A stretch of 64,000 bases of DNA, from NCBI GenBank assembly GCA_003707115.1, contig PPNB01000028.1, forward strand, positions 1 to 64,000. The letters are read 5' to 3'. The notes beneath the pieces were generated by a model. The model searched no databases and was not told the DNA's origin. It saw only the letters and a list, made by a program, of their open reading frames with translations. The stretch comes from Tortispora ganteri. Lineage: Eukaryota. The position numbers were made by a program, and so were the translations under genes. Positions 39,901 through 50,047 of this stretch are shown piece by piece; the stretch's first letter is position 1; each line of letters starts with the position of its first letter.

Positions 39901-40066
39901 CAGCAGAAGAAAGAGAAGAGCTTGAGCTAGAATATTGTATTACTTGTGCTGGAATTATAGATGACCGGTCATGGTCCCGCGCGACCTGTTTGTTCAAAGT
40001 AGAGCTGCCTAGCTCTGTAGGCAAGAGAAATTCGGTTGATTCCGAGTGGTGAAGCACCGTACCCAT
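36914..40066 (-). CDS. SPT23: ER-tethered transcription factor Spt23/Mga2 (IPT, ankyrin and TM domains)
   Basis: KSRVETQ, C..C..RE.KRA, RIACYCRHH.EK.GF, MITDDHK, GG.EVTLLG, ankyrin repeats, PPSY Rsp5-type motif, DRMLLLFWLP TM segment. Confidence 0.9.
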   Translation of the reverse strand: MGTVLHHSESTEFLLPTELGSSTLNKQVARDHDRSSIIPAQVIQYSSSSSSLSSAESRRHDMPLIDSPPSDTDRPNFRLALTSIPAKSRVETQMKVRLAIFPKPDEKKIHLPSDIIFRSRYRLDSLYEPKPGVLELDANVVCSSGAPKPVIMCSTCVRRERKRALRKKSCDKAEESLWEEGRIRRAVLFNCPEIIELTESEGIDPDTGVLSPCMAVFLPIRIACYCRHHSEKVGFRIILSVSNFNRTNSAMIQSTPVMITDDHKATNPTPSSIQASADSSKLLQSENLSNASSYPKPEYGSSSASPDPEDGSNDNYTVPQYHITQPTNLGRKSSGTLSAASSPGQYSTYSSPNHQSIITSPGAFPTTSRTLSSVSMTRLNSQIFANRMDGSRHNSAGTLPLTKSITSPDSLSFINKETDQDVDEVMKEFLVEDLEGIIENKTEDARALREPLITSPESSIEPSRMENELFLSEDSLGGDSYILPSAEKLVPSSGSVRGGIEVTLLGKGFRPGLVVLFGDVPAPSTICWSESTMIAQLPPAASQGPVMVTFHGFPNDQPQVFTYVDDTDKQLMEVALRVVGYKMSGRIEDARNIAMRIVAAPDGTSYPMNGANQDGRSRYPNNSEPMSRQELETYLLKCIVLIDQDTSEYPEEWNLTNVEGQSLLHLASWSGLIRLATALIGRNAKLDLQDRGGFTPLHFAALRGHRDIVQALIFRGADVNVRSFNNRSVKDMAADSVKDLVDAAIDVMHSSSRSHSCRSLMNVTSRSYGSLPSASTRIVDEAWRHVGPSYVDNSDDDYDETSSSSEDDSMTSPISLSFRGMQYQRHNRAKRSSLSRNSSIKVKESSSTSGETEDSSSSDGDESDMEYKSATRRIKEFSHFMQSFGDSAFKKMPKKLSPGMASKWQKYALQAYKDNAMYEGLMTTFHTLFSKGQYPKTNNADANGGLPPSYSDIYPTGTENQRSGDLKGDIEEDSEAEVLNKVMNDAKQSVLNDRMLLLFWLPLLVLVVSWLAVLAFDIDLLKTTAGLSESLFGQSASAWPSVINVPIVDT

Positions 40067-40439
40067 GTCTGGGTGAACGCAGCAATCACTGAAGCTAGTG
40101 CTCAAATATAAAGCGCTAAAACAAAGATATTCAACAACTTGCGCTCCTTTACACGACTATATTTGGAAAATATGGGGCGCAATCAGGCGGTTTAAGGCGG
40201 CAAATAGCGACGTAGTGCGTCAAAAAGGTGGAGAGTAGTGGGTGAGGGGGAAAGCGTTGGGTGCAGAGGTGTTTCCCAAAACCGGCAAGTGTAAGTGGAC
40301 CAATAGGAGGTGTTCATTAGGCAAAAAAAAATTGTTTCCATGGCGACAGTACATATCTTTGCCATTGAGTAATACTGACTGCCCTGCCTGCAGGTTGGCG
40401 AAGATTAGACCCTCGTAGATCGAAGCTGAAGAATAAGAG

Positions 40440-40931
40440 ATGGGACAGGCATTGTAAGTATCTATAGCATGGGGTTTTATGTGTAGATAGCTGCACGTAT
40501 GTGCACAATGGATTGCAAAAATACTAACGGCGACTAGATTGTATGTGTTCGCACTTGTGCTGAATACAGCAAGCTTGTTTATTCAAGTGTTCTTTACGGT
40601 CATGTATTCAGACCTGGAGACTGATTTTATCAATCCGATCGATTTATGCAACAGGTTGAACCCGTATATGGTACCGACAGCAGTCGTCAACTACATATTG
40701 ACGGCTGTATTCCTTTTCACTGGCAACTGGCTCTCAGTAATTTTCATGCTGCCTGTGATCCTGTGGGATGCCAACAAAATGTACAAGAATAACCATGTTT
40801 TGGATGCAACGGAGATATTCAGAACCCTGAATAGACATAAGAATGAGTCTTTTGCCAAACTAGGATATCATTTAGTGATGTTCTTCTATTTCCTGTACCG
40901 GATGATCATGGCTCTAATTGATAGCGAGTAG
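40440..40931 (+). CDS. ERV14: Cornichon-family ER cargo receptor; exons 40440-40453 and 40538-40931
   Basis: Spliced product MGQALLYVFALVLN...QVFFTVMYSDLE.DFINPIDLCNRLN, DATEIFRTL. Confidence 0.92.
40454..40537 (+). other. Spliceosomal intron in ERV14 (84 nt)
   Basis: GTAAGT at 40454, TACTAAC at 40522-40528, TAG ending 40537; phase-2 join is in frame. Confidence 0.88.
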
Positions 40932-40993
40932 ACTCTATTGATTTTTTCATTCTTAACTAGTTTTTTTTTTTTTCTCGTTCTAAAGAGCCTGAT

Positions 40994-42115
40994 TTAATCA
41001 TCCTTCGCAGCTTGAATATCTTCTTTCCAAGTGCCTTTCGGATCAGTCAAGATTTCAACGCCCGTAGCCGTAACCAACAATGTGTGCTCAAACTGGGCAC
41101 TTCGTTTGCCGTCTTGCGTCACGGCGGTCCAGTGATCGGGCCATGTCTTGTCCTTGCCCGTGCCGAGTCCAAGCATAGGCTCTATCGTAAACGTTATTCC
41201 CTCCTGCAGAACGCCGGGTGCCTTGTTGTTAGCGTAGTGCGGTATGTTCGGGGCGGCATGAAACATCTGGTTTACGCCGTGTCCAACGTAGTTCTTAATG
41301 ATACTGCAGCCGCCTTTAGTGGCAACAGCCTCTATAACCTTGCCGATATCCCTAATTCTGGTGCCTGGTTTGCAAATACTGATCGCCTTCGCTAGCGAAG
41401 CCCGCGTAGTATCGACTAACCTGATTGTGTCGGCGTCCGCGTTTTCACGGCCGCCGACAAAGTAAGTAGCATTCATATCGGAGTGCACGCCATTAATATA
41501 TATTGTGACATCAAGGTTAACAATGTCGCCGGTTTCGAGCGGACGTTTGTCGGGGATTCCGTGGCAGATAACCTCGTTGACGCTGGTGCACAGGGACTTC
41601 GGGAAGTGATAATAGTTAAGCGGAGAAGGATAACCCTTTCTCTTTATGGTTTCATTATGGCAGATCTCGTCAAGTTCGTCAGTAGTGATGCCCGGTTTGA
41701 TGGCTTCGGCGGTTATATCGAGTATTTCTCTGGCCATAGCAGAAGCGTAGCGCATTTTCTCTATATGTTCATCGTCTAAGACGATAGTCTGGTGGCCCAT
41801 TTTTCTCTCCAACTTGGGGATACCGTCTAGAGCATAGTCAGGAAAGGGGATATCGGAAGGTACTTTGCGGGTATCGCTGAGCGGATAGAGCGCGCGCAGG
41901 GAGCCGGTGTACTCGAATGTGGGGAATGGATCATAATTTTCACCTGGTTTGTGCGTAGGTGTTTGTTGGAAAAGCAGATGGAACCCCTTGTGCGAGGACC
42001 AGTTTTTCTTAAAACATTCTTGCGAGCAAAAGACAGAGTTGACACCAAACTTGAGGCAAATAGGGCATTTTAACGTGGAGGCTTTGTTTTCGCAGTTGAC
42101 TGAGGAACACTTCAT
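40994..42115 (-). CDS. MAP1: Methionine aminopeptidase 1
   Basis: N-terminal zinc finger (C..C/CPIC/FCSQECF..W..HK..H), CTSVNEVICHGIPD, FTIEPM, SAQFEHT. Confidence 0.95.
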   Translation of the reverse strand: MKCSSVNCENKASTLKCPICLKFGVNSVFCSQECFKKNWSSHKGFHLLFQQTPTHKPGENYDPFPTFEYTGSLRALYPLSDTRKVPSDIPFPDYALDGIPKLERKMGHQTIVLDDEHIEKMRYASAMAREILDITAEAIKPGITTDELDEICHNETIKRKGYPSPLNYYHFPKSLCTSVNEVICHGIPDKRPLETGDIVNLDVTIYINGVHSDMNATYFVGGRENADADTIRLVDTTRASLAKAISICKPGTRIRDIGKVIEAVATKGGCSIIKNYVGHGVNQMFHAAPNIPHYANNKAPGVLQEGITFTIEPMLGLGTGKDKTWPDHWTAVTQDGKRSAQFEHTLLVTATGVEILTDPKGTWKEDIQAAKDD

Positions 42116-42258
42116 ATCGTATAGTGTGAGAGTTGGGAGGGTGTGAAGAGAACGAGGGAGGTGGTGGTGTGTGGAAGAGCGCGGGCCAAGGGCCGGTTTC
42201 TGAGCCGGACAAAGCAGCACAGTGGCGTAGGTACTTTTGGTTGGGGGGCAAAGGCCAA

Positions 42259-42684
42259 TTATAGGTATTTCTTTGCAAGTGTCCTAATACGGGAATCAAA
42301 TTCCGGGTTCACTATTTTTGTGTTGAGTTCATAGAATGGAGATAGGATGGTCTTCACATAGAGATCGTACACTTCGTTAAGAAACTGTCGTATAGAGTCA
42401 TCTGCTTTCAGTTCGTGAACTAACATAAACTTAACAGATCCTGCAGTAATAAATGCCGACACGTTATAGCCGTAATAAGAATCTATAGACTTCAAATAAG
42501 GGCTATTAGTTTCCCATTGTGCAGCCTCGACCATATCAAGCGCGGCATGCACAATAAACGGGTTAAGTTCCTTTATACCTGATGGAAATTTGTATGTACC
42601 ATCACCTCCTTGTTTATAAGTACCAAATTCAAGCTCGTATAACGGATTATCCATTGTACCAACAATAACAAGGTAGTATGACAT
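42259..42684 (-). CDS. TRS20: TRAPP subunit Trs20 (sedlin)
   Basis: YYLVIVGT.DNPLYE.EF, LNPFIVHAALD.VE, LYVKTILSPFY, AKKYL. Confidence 0.93.
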   Translation of the reverse strand: MSYYLVIVGTMDNPLYELEFGTYKQGGDGTYKFPSGIKELNPFIVHAALDMVEAAQWETNSPYLKSIDSYYGYNVSAFITAGSVKFMLVHELKADDSIRQFLNEVYDLYVKTILSPFYELNTKIVNPEFDSRIRTLAKKYL

Positions 42685-43480
42685 CTTGTGGTAAATAAAA
42701 TTGCGATGCTATCGAGCGGTATATCACCGTTACCTTGGAATTTCCTGTAAACTCTACCTATTGCTACTAGTTTATTTCAGTACCTGTGCGATTATTTCCA
42801 CCAAATCAACAGCAAACAATTTGTTTCGAAAATTGTCTTCTATGGAGATTTTTGGAAATTTTGTGGTTATAAATATCTACTATATATATTAAGGTCTGTA
42901 TATCGAACTGTAGAACCTCGATTTTTGTCTGTATTCTTTACAGTCTCGTGGTCATTACGAATAATGAATGTATTTACTTAACTTAATGGATATCGCTTTG
43001 CGATCTATCCTTCAAGTTAAATTGTAAACAACTACTAGTAATTATAAGATATTACTAACAACAATTGTCATTTAATTCAGATTTTATATAGTTTTTATGT
43101 CTGGTCTGATATCGCCGACTTGTATTTTTGCTGATCTCGTCGCCATTTGTTGAACCTTATCAGGTATAACCTTTCTATGACCATATCTAATCTATCTTGA
43201 TTGCCACACATACTTCACTACAAATGCTATAAAACTTCAAATTGAATAATCAAGAAATATTTTTAACACCAAAAGTAAAAATCAAAGTCATTTGAAACCT
43301 TCAATCGTTCCTATATCATATGCATCACGTATGGGTCGCGTTCCCATAATGCGGATACTTTGAACTCTAAATATCGTGCAACTAACTGCACACATTGTTT
43401 ACTGTCAGCAAATAAAACCTCACCCAAACACCAATACCACCTGCATATAACAGTTAAATATATACCAATACCTATTCTAC

Positions 43481-46400
43481 ATGGCTCCACGATCTCCGTG
43501 GTCAATTGTATCAAAGAAACTCTCTAAATACCGTTCAGAATCAGAAGACTCACCACTCTTCTCGCGCCCAAGTCAGGACTCCTACCAGTCTTCTGATATC
43601 TCTGTTACTTCCAATTCCGCCTATACCCATTTCCTAACTGTTATAACAAGCTCATATACACATAAAACTGTTAAATGCAGCTTTAACTCACAAGTCGCTT
43701 CACTGTTGCCCAAAATATCCAGGAAAGTCAAATTTGACTCCTTTGATCAACACACAAATCGGTTTGTCTCTCACTCGGGGTCTCTGCTACTCATACTACG
43801 CGGAGAACCCATATTGCTTTGTGATGTAGATGCTCCAATAGAAATAGAATTCTCCATACTATCTGCAATGCTCTGTTCTTATGGCCAGCTGGACAAACTG
43901 CCCACCCGCAATAACCTCAGGCATATATTTGCATTCGCTTACCTCACAGAGAAGGACTATATAGACCTGGCAACCTCTTTAGACTCCTGGTCAAGAACTG
44001 CTCTGGCCTCAAACGATTTCTCTTACAATTTCCTTGCCCCAGAAGAACTCAACTCACTGCCCCCTTCTCTATCTACAGACTATGCTCGCGTTTCTAGATC
44101 ATCTCTGCAGCCCTCCATAAATTGCAAACTTGTCTCTTTCCCGCGAGAAATTCCCGCATTTGGAGTGCCTGAAAGATTTTTTAGAGCAGCAAAGGATATT
44201 GCTTCAATTAACTGTTCATTTCAACAGTCCTTGCTCCTCCCATCAGAGTTCATCCTCTCCTGCTCCAACCTAAAGGAAATTATACACACGTTTGCTTCCT
44301 TAAAAGTTATTCCTGATTATGTTTTAGCTGTACTACCTCAGCTTCAGCGTCTGAACTTGTCTTCAAATACCATCAGCTCTTTGTCTCAACTACAAGAAGC
44401 TACTGCTCTCACCCATCTTGATCTTTCTAATAACTGCATCTCGGCAGTTCCTACTAAACTCAACGTGCTGCCTAATCTGGAAATGTTGGATCTCGCTTCA
44501 AACGATCTAACAGAATTCCCTTCTCTAGGTTCTCTGTTTCCATCCTTGCGTATATTGAATGTATCTTTTAACAATATCCCTACAGTCCCTACCTCTGTCA
44601 TATATTTACGTTCGTTAAGACATCTCAACCTGTCGCATTGCTCTCTGACCAATCCGTCCAGTCTCGTCAATCTGACTTACATTCAAAAATTGATTCTCAG
44701 CCACAATAAGATTACAGACTGCTCATTTTTAAACTCTTTGCTGCATCTGACTTTCATAGATCTGTCGAACAACTTCATCTCGTCTTTCGTGCTCACGTCT
44801 CGATCTCTTGAACACATTGACCTTTCAGTGAACCAAATTCGCAGTATCAGTTTTACTCCAGTATGTAGTGCACTGAAATATCTTGACATTTCAGAAAATT
44901 TACTACTCTCCCTGAAGGCCAATTTCTTTATGAGGTGTCCAAATCTCGTCCGATTAATCGCGGATAAGAACTCTATAACTGAAATATCAAATGCAATTGC
45001 CTCATTAACACACCTGGAATATCTATCATGCTCTTGGAATTGTTTAGAGATGCTACCTACAACAATTGCGAATCTCACTTCCCTAAGAACTCTCATAATA
45101 ATAGGAAACAAGCTTACGAGACTTCCGGATCAGATTTGGAACCTTCCCAGTCTACGAGTACTAAATGTTTCTTCAAACTCTTTAGTATGTTTTACCAATG
45201 ATTCCTCTAAGAGCGATGTGTATCCTAAGCCAAGATCAAAGAACTGGCCTATTGGACGGTCTCTTGAACAGCTCAGACTGGCCGACAATTCTCTCAATAA
45301 GGATCCGTTACTTTTTCTTGAAGTGTTTTATCACTTGACCGTGCTCGATCTCTCCTATAATGATATCACTTCTATACCAAATGGAATGATTATGCATGTT
45401 GATAAACTGCAGCAAATCTTTCTTTCTGGGAATTTGTTGGATTCCCTTTCGGAGAAATTCTTTGCAAACATGAAAAACCTCACACGTTTATACTTGAATT
45501 CAAATTGTCTTTGTCACATTCCGGCTTTTCTCAAGAATTTGCAGAAATTGTCCCACCTAGACGTTTCTTCCAATGATCTTTGTTACGACGTTCGTAATTC
45601 AGAGTATTATTGGTGTTGGACAGATAACCACAATCTGAAGTATCTCAATATGTCAGGTAATCCTCGATTCTCTGTGACTCGTCAGTATGCCGCGCATGAA
45701 AGCCAGGTACACATATCCAGTGGAACTCTTGATAACGGATCTAGGGAAAGCTTTACTACACTAGAGAATATCAGGATACTCGGTCTGATGGACATCACTA
45801 ATACTAACCCGAAACTCCCTGATGAACACGAAGATTGCCGTGTCAGGACTATTGGTTCGATAGTTGGTGCTTTACAGTACGGTGTGTGTGACTCTATAGG
45901 TAACAAAAATGACCACTTGAACATTATAGACATGGCTATCGAGAACTTTCGTGGATACCCTGGAGAATCTTTATTTGTTATTTTTGAAGGTTCACCGATG
46001 CGAGACGGAGGATGCAAGTCCGGAAAGTTGCTTCAGTTATCGATTGCCCATATTATAGCCACTGAACTAGGTGCTGCAAAAGGTTCTGAACTTTCAGACA
46101 AGGAAATTGAAGATGCACTTACAGTGGCGTTCTTTGTTCTGAACAACGAGCTCGGCCGAGCCGCCAGTCCCATGGGCTCGATGACTTACTTTTACCAAGA
46201 CAACAGAGAGTCTAACAAACATATCTTTCCTAATAAAGATTTCTGTGTGGGTCATGAAGCCAATATATCAGGTGTTTTTGGAACAGTGGTATATGTGGTT
46301 AACAACAGAGTCTTCACGGTCAACACTGGATTGGCGAAGGTAGCTCTTGTATCAAAGACTGAATCAGGAGTGTATCATAGCATATACCTCACTGATGACC

Positions 46401-48082
46401 ATGGTCCTGATATCCCTGCTGAGCAAGAGCGAATCCGCAAAGCAGGTGGGTTTGTATCACTTGACGGCAAAATTAATGGGGTAGTTCCGGCTTCGCGAAG
46501 CTTAGGATTCTTTCGGTTTTCCCCGATAGTTGTAGGTGCGCCCAGCGTGTCGATTCATACGCTAACAAGTGTTGATGAATACATATTGATATCATCCTCT
46601 GCGATATGGGAAACAATTGGGCTAACTGTTCTCAATAATGTCATGAATAGGATGCCAGAGCATCTTCATTCTGATGCAATTCGAGTTTCTGATGTCATTA
46701 GGGATTTGGCTGAATCATATGGCATGAAAGACAATGCCTGTATAATGACAGTGAAACTGAAACGCGCAGAACCTGCTTCGGCCAACAGGGGCGTTATTGG
46801 GCTGAAGACCAAGAGTCCGAATTTACTGAGCGTTGATTTGACGGCTAGTGCACCTAAGGGGGATGTCGCTATTATATTTACCGACATAAAGTCATCTACT
46901 GAATTGTGGGAGAGAGATCCAGAGATGATGAAGAATGCCTTGAATATACATAACGAACTGCTGCGCACGTATGCGGTGAAGATAGGAGGCTATGTCGTAA
47001 AGACTGAAGGAGACTCCTTTATGGTTTGCTTTGAGAACGTAATAGCCGCACTTTACTGGGCGCTGCTGATCCAGAACAAGCTGCTGACCCAAGACTGGCC
47101 TGAAAGTCTTATAGACACTCCACAATGTCCCACAATTAGGGATACTCACGGAAACTTATTGTTTTGTGGTCTGCAAGTTCGGATGGGGATTCACTGGGGA
47201 GAGCCATTCGCAGTCAGAGACATGGTTACTGGCAGAATGGACTACTATGGTCCGATGGTGAACCGGACTGCTAGAATATCAGCAGCTGCGGACGGCGGTC
47301 AAATTACTATTTCTTACGAGTGTATGCAGAAGTTAGTATATTATGTGAAAAAGTACAGGGTATCTGATCCTGCTGCATTTGGGGACATTAATCGAAATAT
47401 TGCAGAGGATGAGAACTTTTCGCCTGGATTCAGGAGACTGAGTGACCCTACGGGACTGGATAAACTGGATGCAAGAAGCCAGAAAATAGAGTACTTCAAG
47501 GCAATCGAGGTGCTGTTTGGCGGATGGACTGCGACGCAGTCTGTTAGGCTTAAACTGAAGGGGGTCGAGAACCCTGTGCAGGTGTATGTTATTTATCCTA
47601 AGAATTTGGACGAGAGAAGACACTATACTTCCAAGTTACAGTCCAACATTGAGAGTGCTGAGATTGAATCAGTTATGCGACGGGAGTCACAGCCACAGAC
47701 GGCTGGTGAAACGCGCGAGGTGAATGTTTCATCAGTGGGGGTTAAAAGCGAGTCTATAACTGATATTGAGAAAAGATTTCAGGAATATCGGATATCCACA
47801 GATATGCACGAAATAGATGTTGAACCCTCCGAAATAGTTTCACTGGCGATCGAGGTTATAAAATTGGAGCAAATATGTTCTGTGCTGATTCGGCGGCAGT
47901 TCGAAGAGACATCAGAGATTGATTTTACGACATATATTAGGGCTGAAATTTTGAAATCGAGCATGATAGAGAGTTCTATATATAGTCGAGCGACAATGGA
48001 GATGATGGAACATACAGTGACGAGGCTGGAAAATTCTGTTGTTATGCTTCAGAAATTGTTTGAAGAGAGACCAATGAGCTAG
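43481..48082 (+). CDS. CYR1: Adenylate cyclase (divergent RA domain, LRRs, PP2C-like, class III cyclase, C-terminal CAP-binding helix)
   Basis: Many LxxLxLxxN repeats; IFTDIKSST.LWE, VKTEGDSFMV, GLQVRMGIHWG, RMDYYGPMVNR.ARI...ADGGQI; HTVTRLEN. Confidence 0.9.
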   Translation: MAPRSPWSIVSKKLSKYRSESEDSPLFSRPSQDSYQSSDISVTSNSAYTHFLTVITSSYTHKTVKCSFNSQVASLLPKISRKVKFDSFDQHTNRFVSHSGSLLLILRGEPILLCDVDAPIEIEFSILSAMLCSYGQLDKLPTRNNLRHIFAFAYLTEKDYIDLATSLDSWSRTALASNDFSYNFLAPEELNSLPPSLSTDYARVSRSSLQPSINCKLVSFPREIPAFGVPERFFRAAKDIASINCSFQQSLLLPSEFILSCSNLKEIIHTFASLKVIPDYVLAVLPQLQRLNLSSNTISSLSQLQEATALTHLDLSNNCISAVPTKLNVLPNLEMLDLASNDLTEFPSLGSLFPSLRILNVSFNNIPTVPTSVIYLRSLRHLNLSHCSLTNPSSLVNLTYIQKLILSHNKITDCSFLNSLLHLTFIDLSNNFISSFVLTSRSLEHIDLSVNQIRSISFTPVCSALKYLDISENLLLSLKANFFMRCPNLVRLIADKNSITEISNAIASLTHLEYLSCSWNCLEMLPTTIANLTSLRTLIIIGNKLTRLPDQIWNLPSLRVLNVSSNSLVCFTNDSSKSDVYPKPRSKNWPIGRSLEQLRLADNSLNKDPLLFLEVFYHLTVLDLSYNDITSIPNGMIMHVDKLQQIFLSGNLLDSLSEKFFANMKNLTRLYLNSNCLCHIPAFLKNLQKLSHLDVSSNDLCYDVRNSEYYWCWTDNHNLKYLNMSGNPRFSVTRQYAAHESQVHISSGTLDNGSRESFTTLENIRILGLMDITNTNPKLPDEHEDCRVRTIGSIVGALQYGVCDSIGNKNDHLNIIDMAIENFRGYPGESLFVIFEGSPMRDGGCKSGKLLQLSIAHIIATELGAAKGSELSDKEIEDALTVAFFVLNNELGRAASPMGSMTYFYQDNRESNKHIFPNKDFCVGHEANISGVFGTVVYVVNNRVFTVNTGLAKVALVSKTESGVYHSIYLTDDHGPDIPAEQERIRKAGGFVSLDGKINGVVPASRSLGFFRFSPIVVGAPSVSIHTLTSVDEYILISSSAIWETIGLTVLNNVMNRMPEHLHSDAIRVSDVIRDLAESYGMKDNACIMTVKLKRAEPASANRGVIGLKTKSPNLLSVDLTASAPKGDVAIIFTDIKSSTELWERDPEMMKNALNIHNELLRTYAVKIGGYVVKTEGDSFMVCFENVIAALYWALLIQNKLLTQDWPESLIDTPQCPTIRDTHGNLLFCGLQVRMGIHWGEPFAVRDMVTGRMDYYGPMVNRTARISAAADGGQITISYECMQKLVYYVKKYRVSDPAAFGDINRNIAEDENFSPGFRRLSDPTGLDKLDARSQKIEYFKAIEVLFGGWTATQSVRLKLKGVENPVQVYVIYPKNLDERRHYTSKLQSNIESAEIESVMRRESQPQTAGETREVNVSSVGVKSESITDIEKRFQEYRISTDMHEIDVEPSEIVSLAIEVIKLEQICSVLIRRQFEETSEIDFTTYIRAEILKSSMIESSIYSRATMEMMEHTVTRLENSVVMLQKLFEERPMS

Positions 48083-48107
48083 GGCAGATAATTAGATACG
48101 AGAAATC

Positions 48108-48368
48108 CTATTTGGTTGATTTGATAGATTTTCTGAGGTCTGGAAGGAAATTGTTTGCCCTAGAGGCGGCCTGTGCTCGAGCGGTCCAGAAGTCAGTGGA
48201 GCCCGATTCAGACTCAGAGCGATATACCGATACCCATTTGCTAGTGCCAGATTCGGTCTTGTAAGACCTATATTGGCTGTTCAAGAAGTTTTCGACTTCA
48301 TTGGTGTTAAATATGATAGCAGTTGTAGATGTAGCGTGTTGTTTGCGTCTGTGCTGATTTCGCGACAT
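48108..48368 (-). CDS. Small uncharacterised protein (86 aa)
   Basis: ATG-initiated ORF filling the gap between the CYR1 stop (25 nt away) and the TFB1 start (92 nt away); FN..EV..FL...Y amphipathic segment. Confidence 0.55.
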   Translation of the reverse strand: MSRNQHRRKQHATSTTAIIFNTNEVENFLNSQYRSYKTESGTSKWVSVYRSESESGSTDFWTARAQAASRANNFLPDLRKSIKSTK

Positions 48369-48460
48369 TCTTGTGGTGGGAAATGAAGAGAAAGAAGATT
48401 AAGGTGGGTGGGCAGGCGTTATACTGTACCTTCCTGCCCACACTCTTTTCAATTTGTATC

Positions 48461-50047
48461 ATGGTCAGCGCTCCTGCGCTTGTTAAAAAGGAGCCAGGTT
48501 TACTTTATGTGACCGAGACGGACACTAACTGGGTTCCTGATGGCACTGGAGCTGGTATTTTTATTGCGTTGAAGGATGTGGCGGCTCTGCAGGCCAAAGC
48601 CGCCGACAAGAAGTCGATGTTGCGAATCACGACCTCGAATATACCACCGGCGACGCATACTTTCACATTCATGGACAGTCAGGATTTTGAAACGTGTAAA
48701 ACTGCCTTGCAGAGTGGTATTGCACGAGCGAGAATGGGTCAGGTACAAACGAGTGGTAAATCAGAAAAGCAAGATGAAGGACATGTAGGGACGACCGACA
48801 AACAATTACTGGCGGACGTTTCTCTGCAGCAAGGGTTGCTACGAAATGATGATAAACTACGACAAATGTTTGAAACTGTAGTTATAAATGGTGGAGTGTC
48901 GGCCACGGAATTCTGGTCCGCGAGACTAGATCTCTTGCGCCAGCAGGTACTGAGCAACACACAGAAAAGGGGCGCATATAACGTCTTAAGCTCAATCAAT
49001 CCCGCAACCGGAAGCGAGAATAAGATAAACCTGTCACTTTCAAGGGATATAATAAGAGATATCCTTGAAATGTACCCGACAGTGGCTAAAGCATACAACC
49101 AGAACGTACCGCCGCTCTCGGAATCTGATTTCTGGGCGCAGTTTTTTGCATCACGACTATTTCGCTATCTGCGCGGCGAGAAACTGTCAACTTCGGACGC
49201 GCCGAACCCTATTTTTGACAAATACATTGGCCATTCTGCCGAGACTATCGCCGACCAGCAGCCACTACCTGTATCTTTCCTCTACAACGTGGACGCGAAC
49301 GAACAGGACTACTCTGAGCGGTACCAGGCTGCTACAGACATGACTATGAAACCAGACGCTATACCTAGCACGCTGCCGATGCTATCCAACATTAATTCGT
49401 TAAGCGCTAGGATTCTGCACAACGTCTCAGACTACAGCATGGTCGACCCGACGACGCAAGCCGAGCGCGAGGATGCGCTCGAGCTGCACGACCTTGACGT
49501 TGCTCCCTCACAGGAGTACCTGCTTCTCAAAATAGATCGTGCAATAGAATCGACCTTGGTATCTGCAGACGGCACTGCTGCTGCTCCATCAGATACATCA
49601 ATATCGGCAGCCGAGTCACTCGAATACATGCGAGCGTCTCTGGATCCGCGACCAAGTCTTGAACATCTCGCTGATGATAATGAGCTCTATGAGGAAGTGG
49701 TCGCGTCGCTGTCGGAGACAATTCAGGCCCAAGTGAAGCAGACGATTCTGCAACGGTCCAACATTGACGCCGCCACATTAGAAGAGATGCGGTTGACGCA
49801 TGCGACAGCATCTGAGTTTCTGCATCATTTCTGGATTGATTTCAACTCGGGTGATGCCTCGAAAGCTACAGAACTGTCGAAGATTGTCGAAAGTCTTACC
49901 CGTAGTAACGACCGCATTGGAGCCATTCTTGATGCTGTTGTTCCTGAACAGCGGCAGTACGTGTCAGACGGACTCGAACCACTCAGAGAAGGTATACAGA
50001 TCGCTCTGAAACGATATCAGACGGCATTTACCGAACAGCAAGACTGA
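48461..50047 (+). CDS. TFB1: TFIIH subunit Tfb1 (p62; PH plus BSD domains)
   Basis: PH-like N-terminus; EFWSARL.LL......QKRGAYNVLS.I; YP.V.KAY..NVP.LSE.DFW.QFF.SRLF; EFLHHFW. Confidence 0.88.
   Translation: MVSAPALVKKEPGLLYVTETDTNWVPDGTGAGIFIALKDVAALQAKAADKKSMLRITTSNIPPATHTFTFMDSQDFETCKTALQSGIARARMGQVQTSGKSEKQDEGHVGTTDKQLLADVSLQQGLLRNDDKLRQMFETVVINGGVSATEFWSARLDLLRQQVLSNTQKRGAYNVLSSINPATGSENKINLSLSRDIIRDILEMYPTVAKAYNQNVPPLSESDFWAQFFASRLFRYLRGEKLSTSDAPNPIFDKYIGHSAETIADQQPLPVSFLYNVDANEQDYSERYQAATDMTMKPDAIPSTLPMLSNINSLSARILHNVSDYSMVDPTTQAEREDALELHDLDVAPSQEYLLLKIDRAIESTLVSADGTAAAPSDTSISAAESLEYMRASLDPRPSLEHLADDNELYEEVVASLSETIQAQVKQTILQRSNIDAATLEEMRLTHATASEFLHHFWIDFNSGDASKATELSKIVESLTRSNDRIGAILDAVVPEQRQYVSDGLEPLREGIQIALKRYQTAFTEQQD

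Noticed and set aside
43053..43080. TACTAAC...CAG upstream of CYR1 as evidence for missing N-terminal exons
   Set aside because: No consensus donor, the downstream sequence is closed by stops before 43481, and there is too little space for a long N-terminus.
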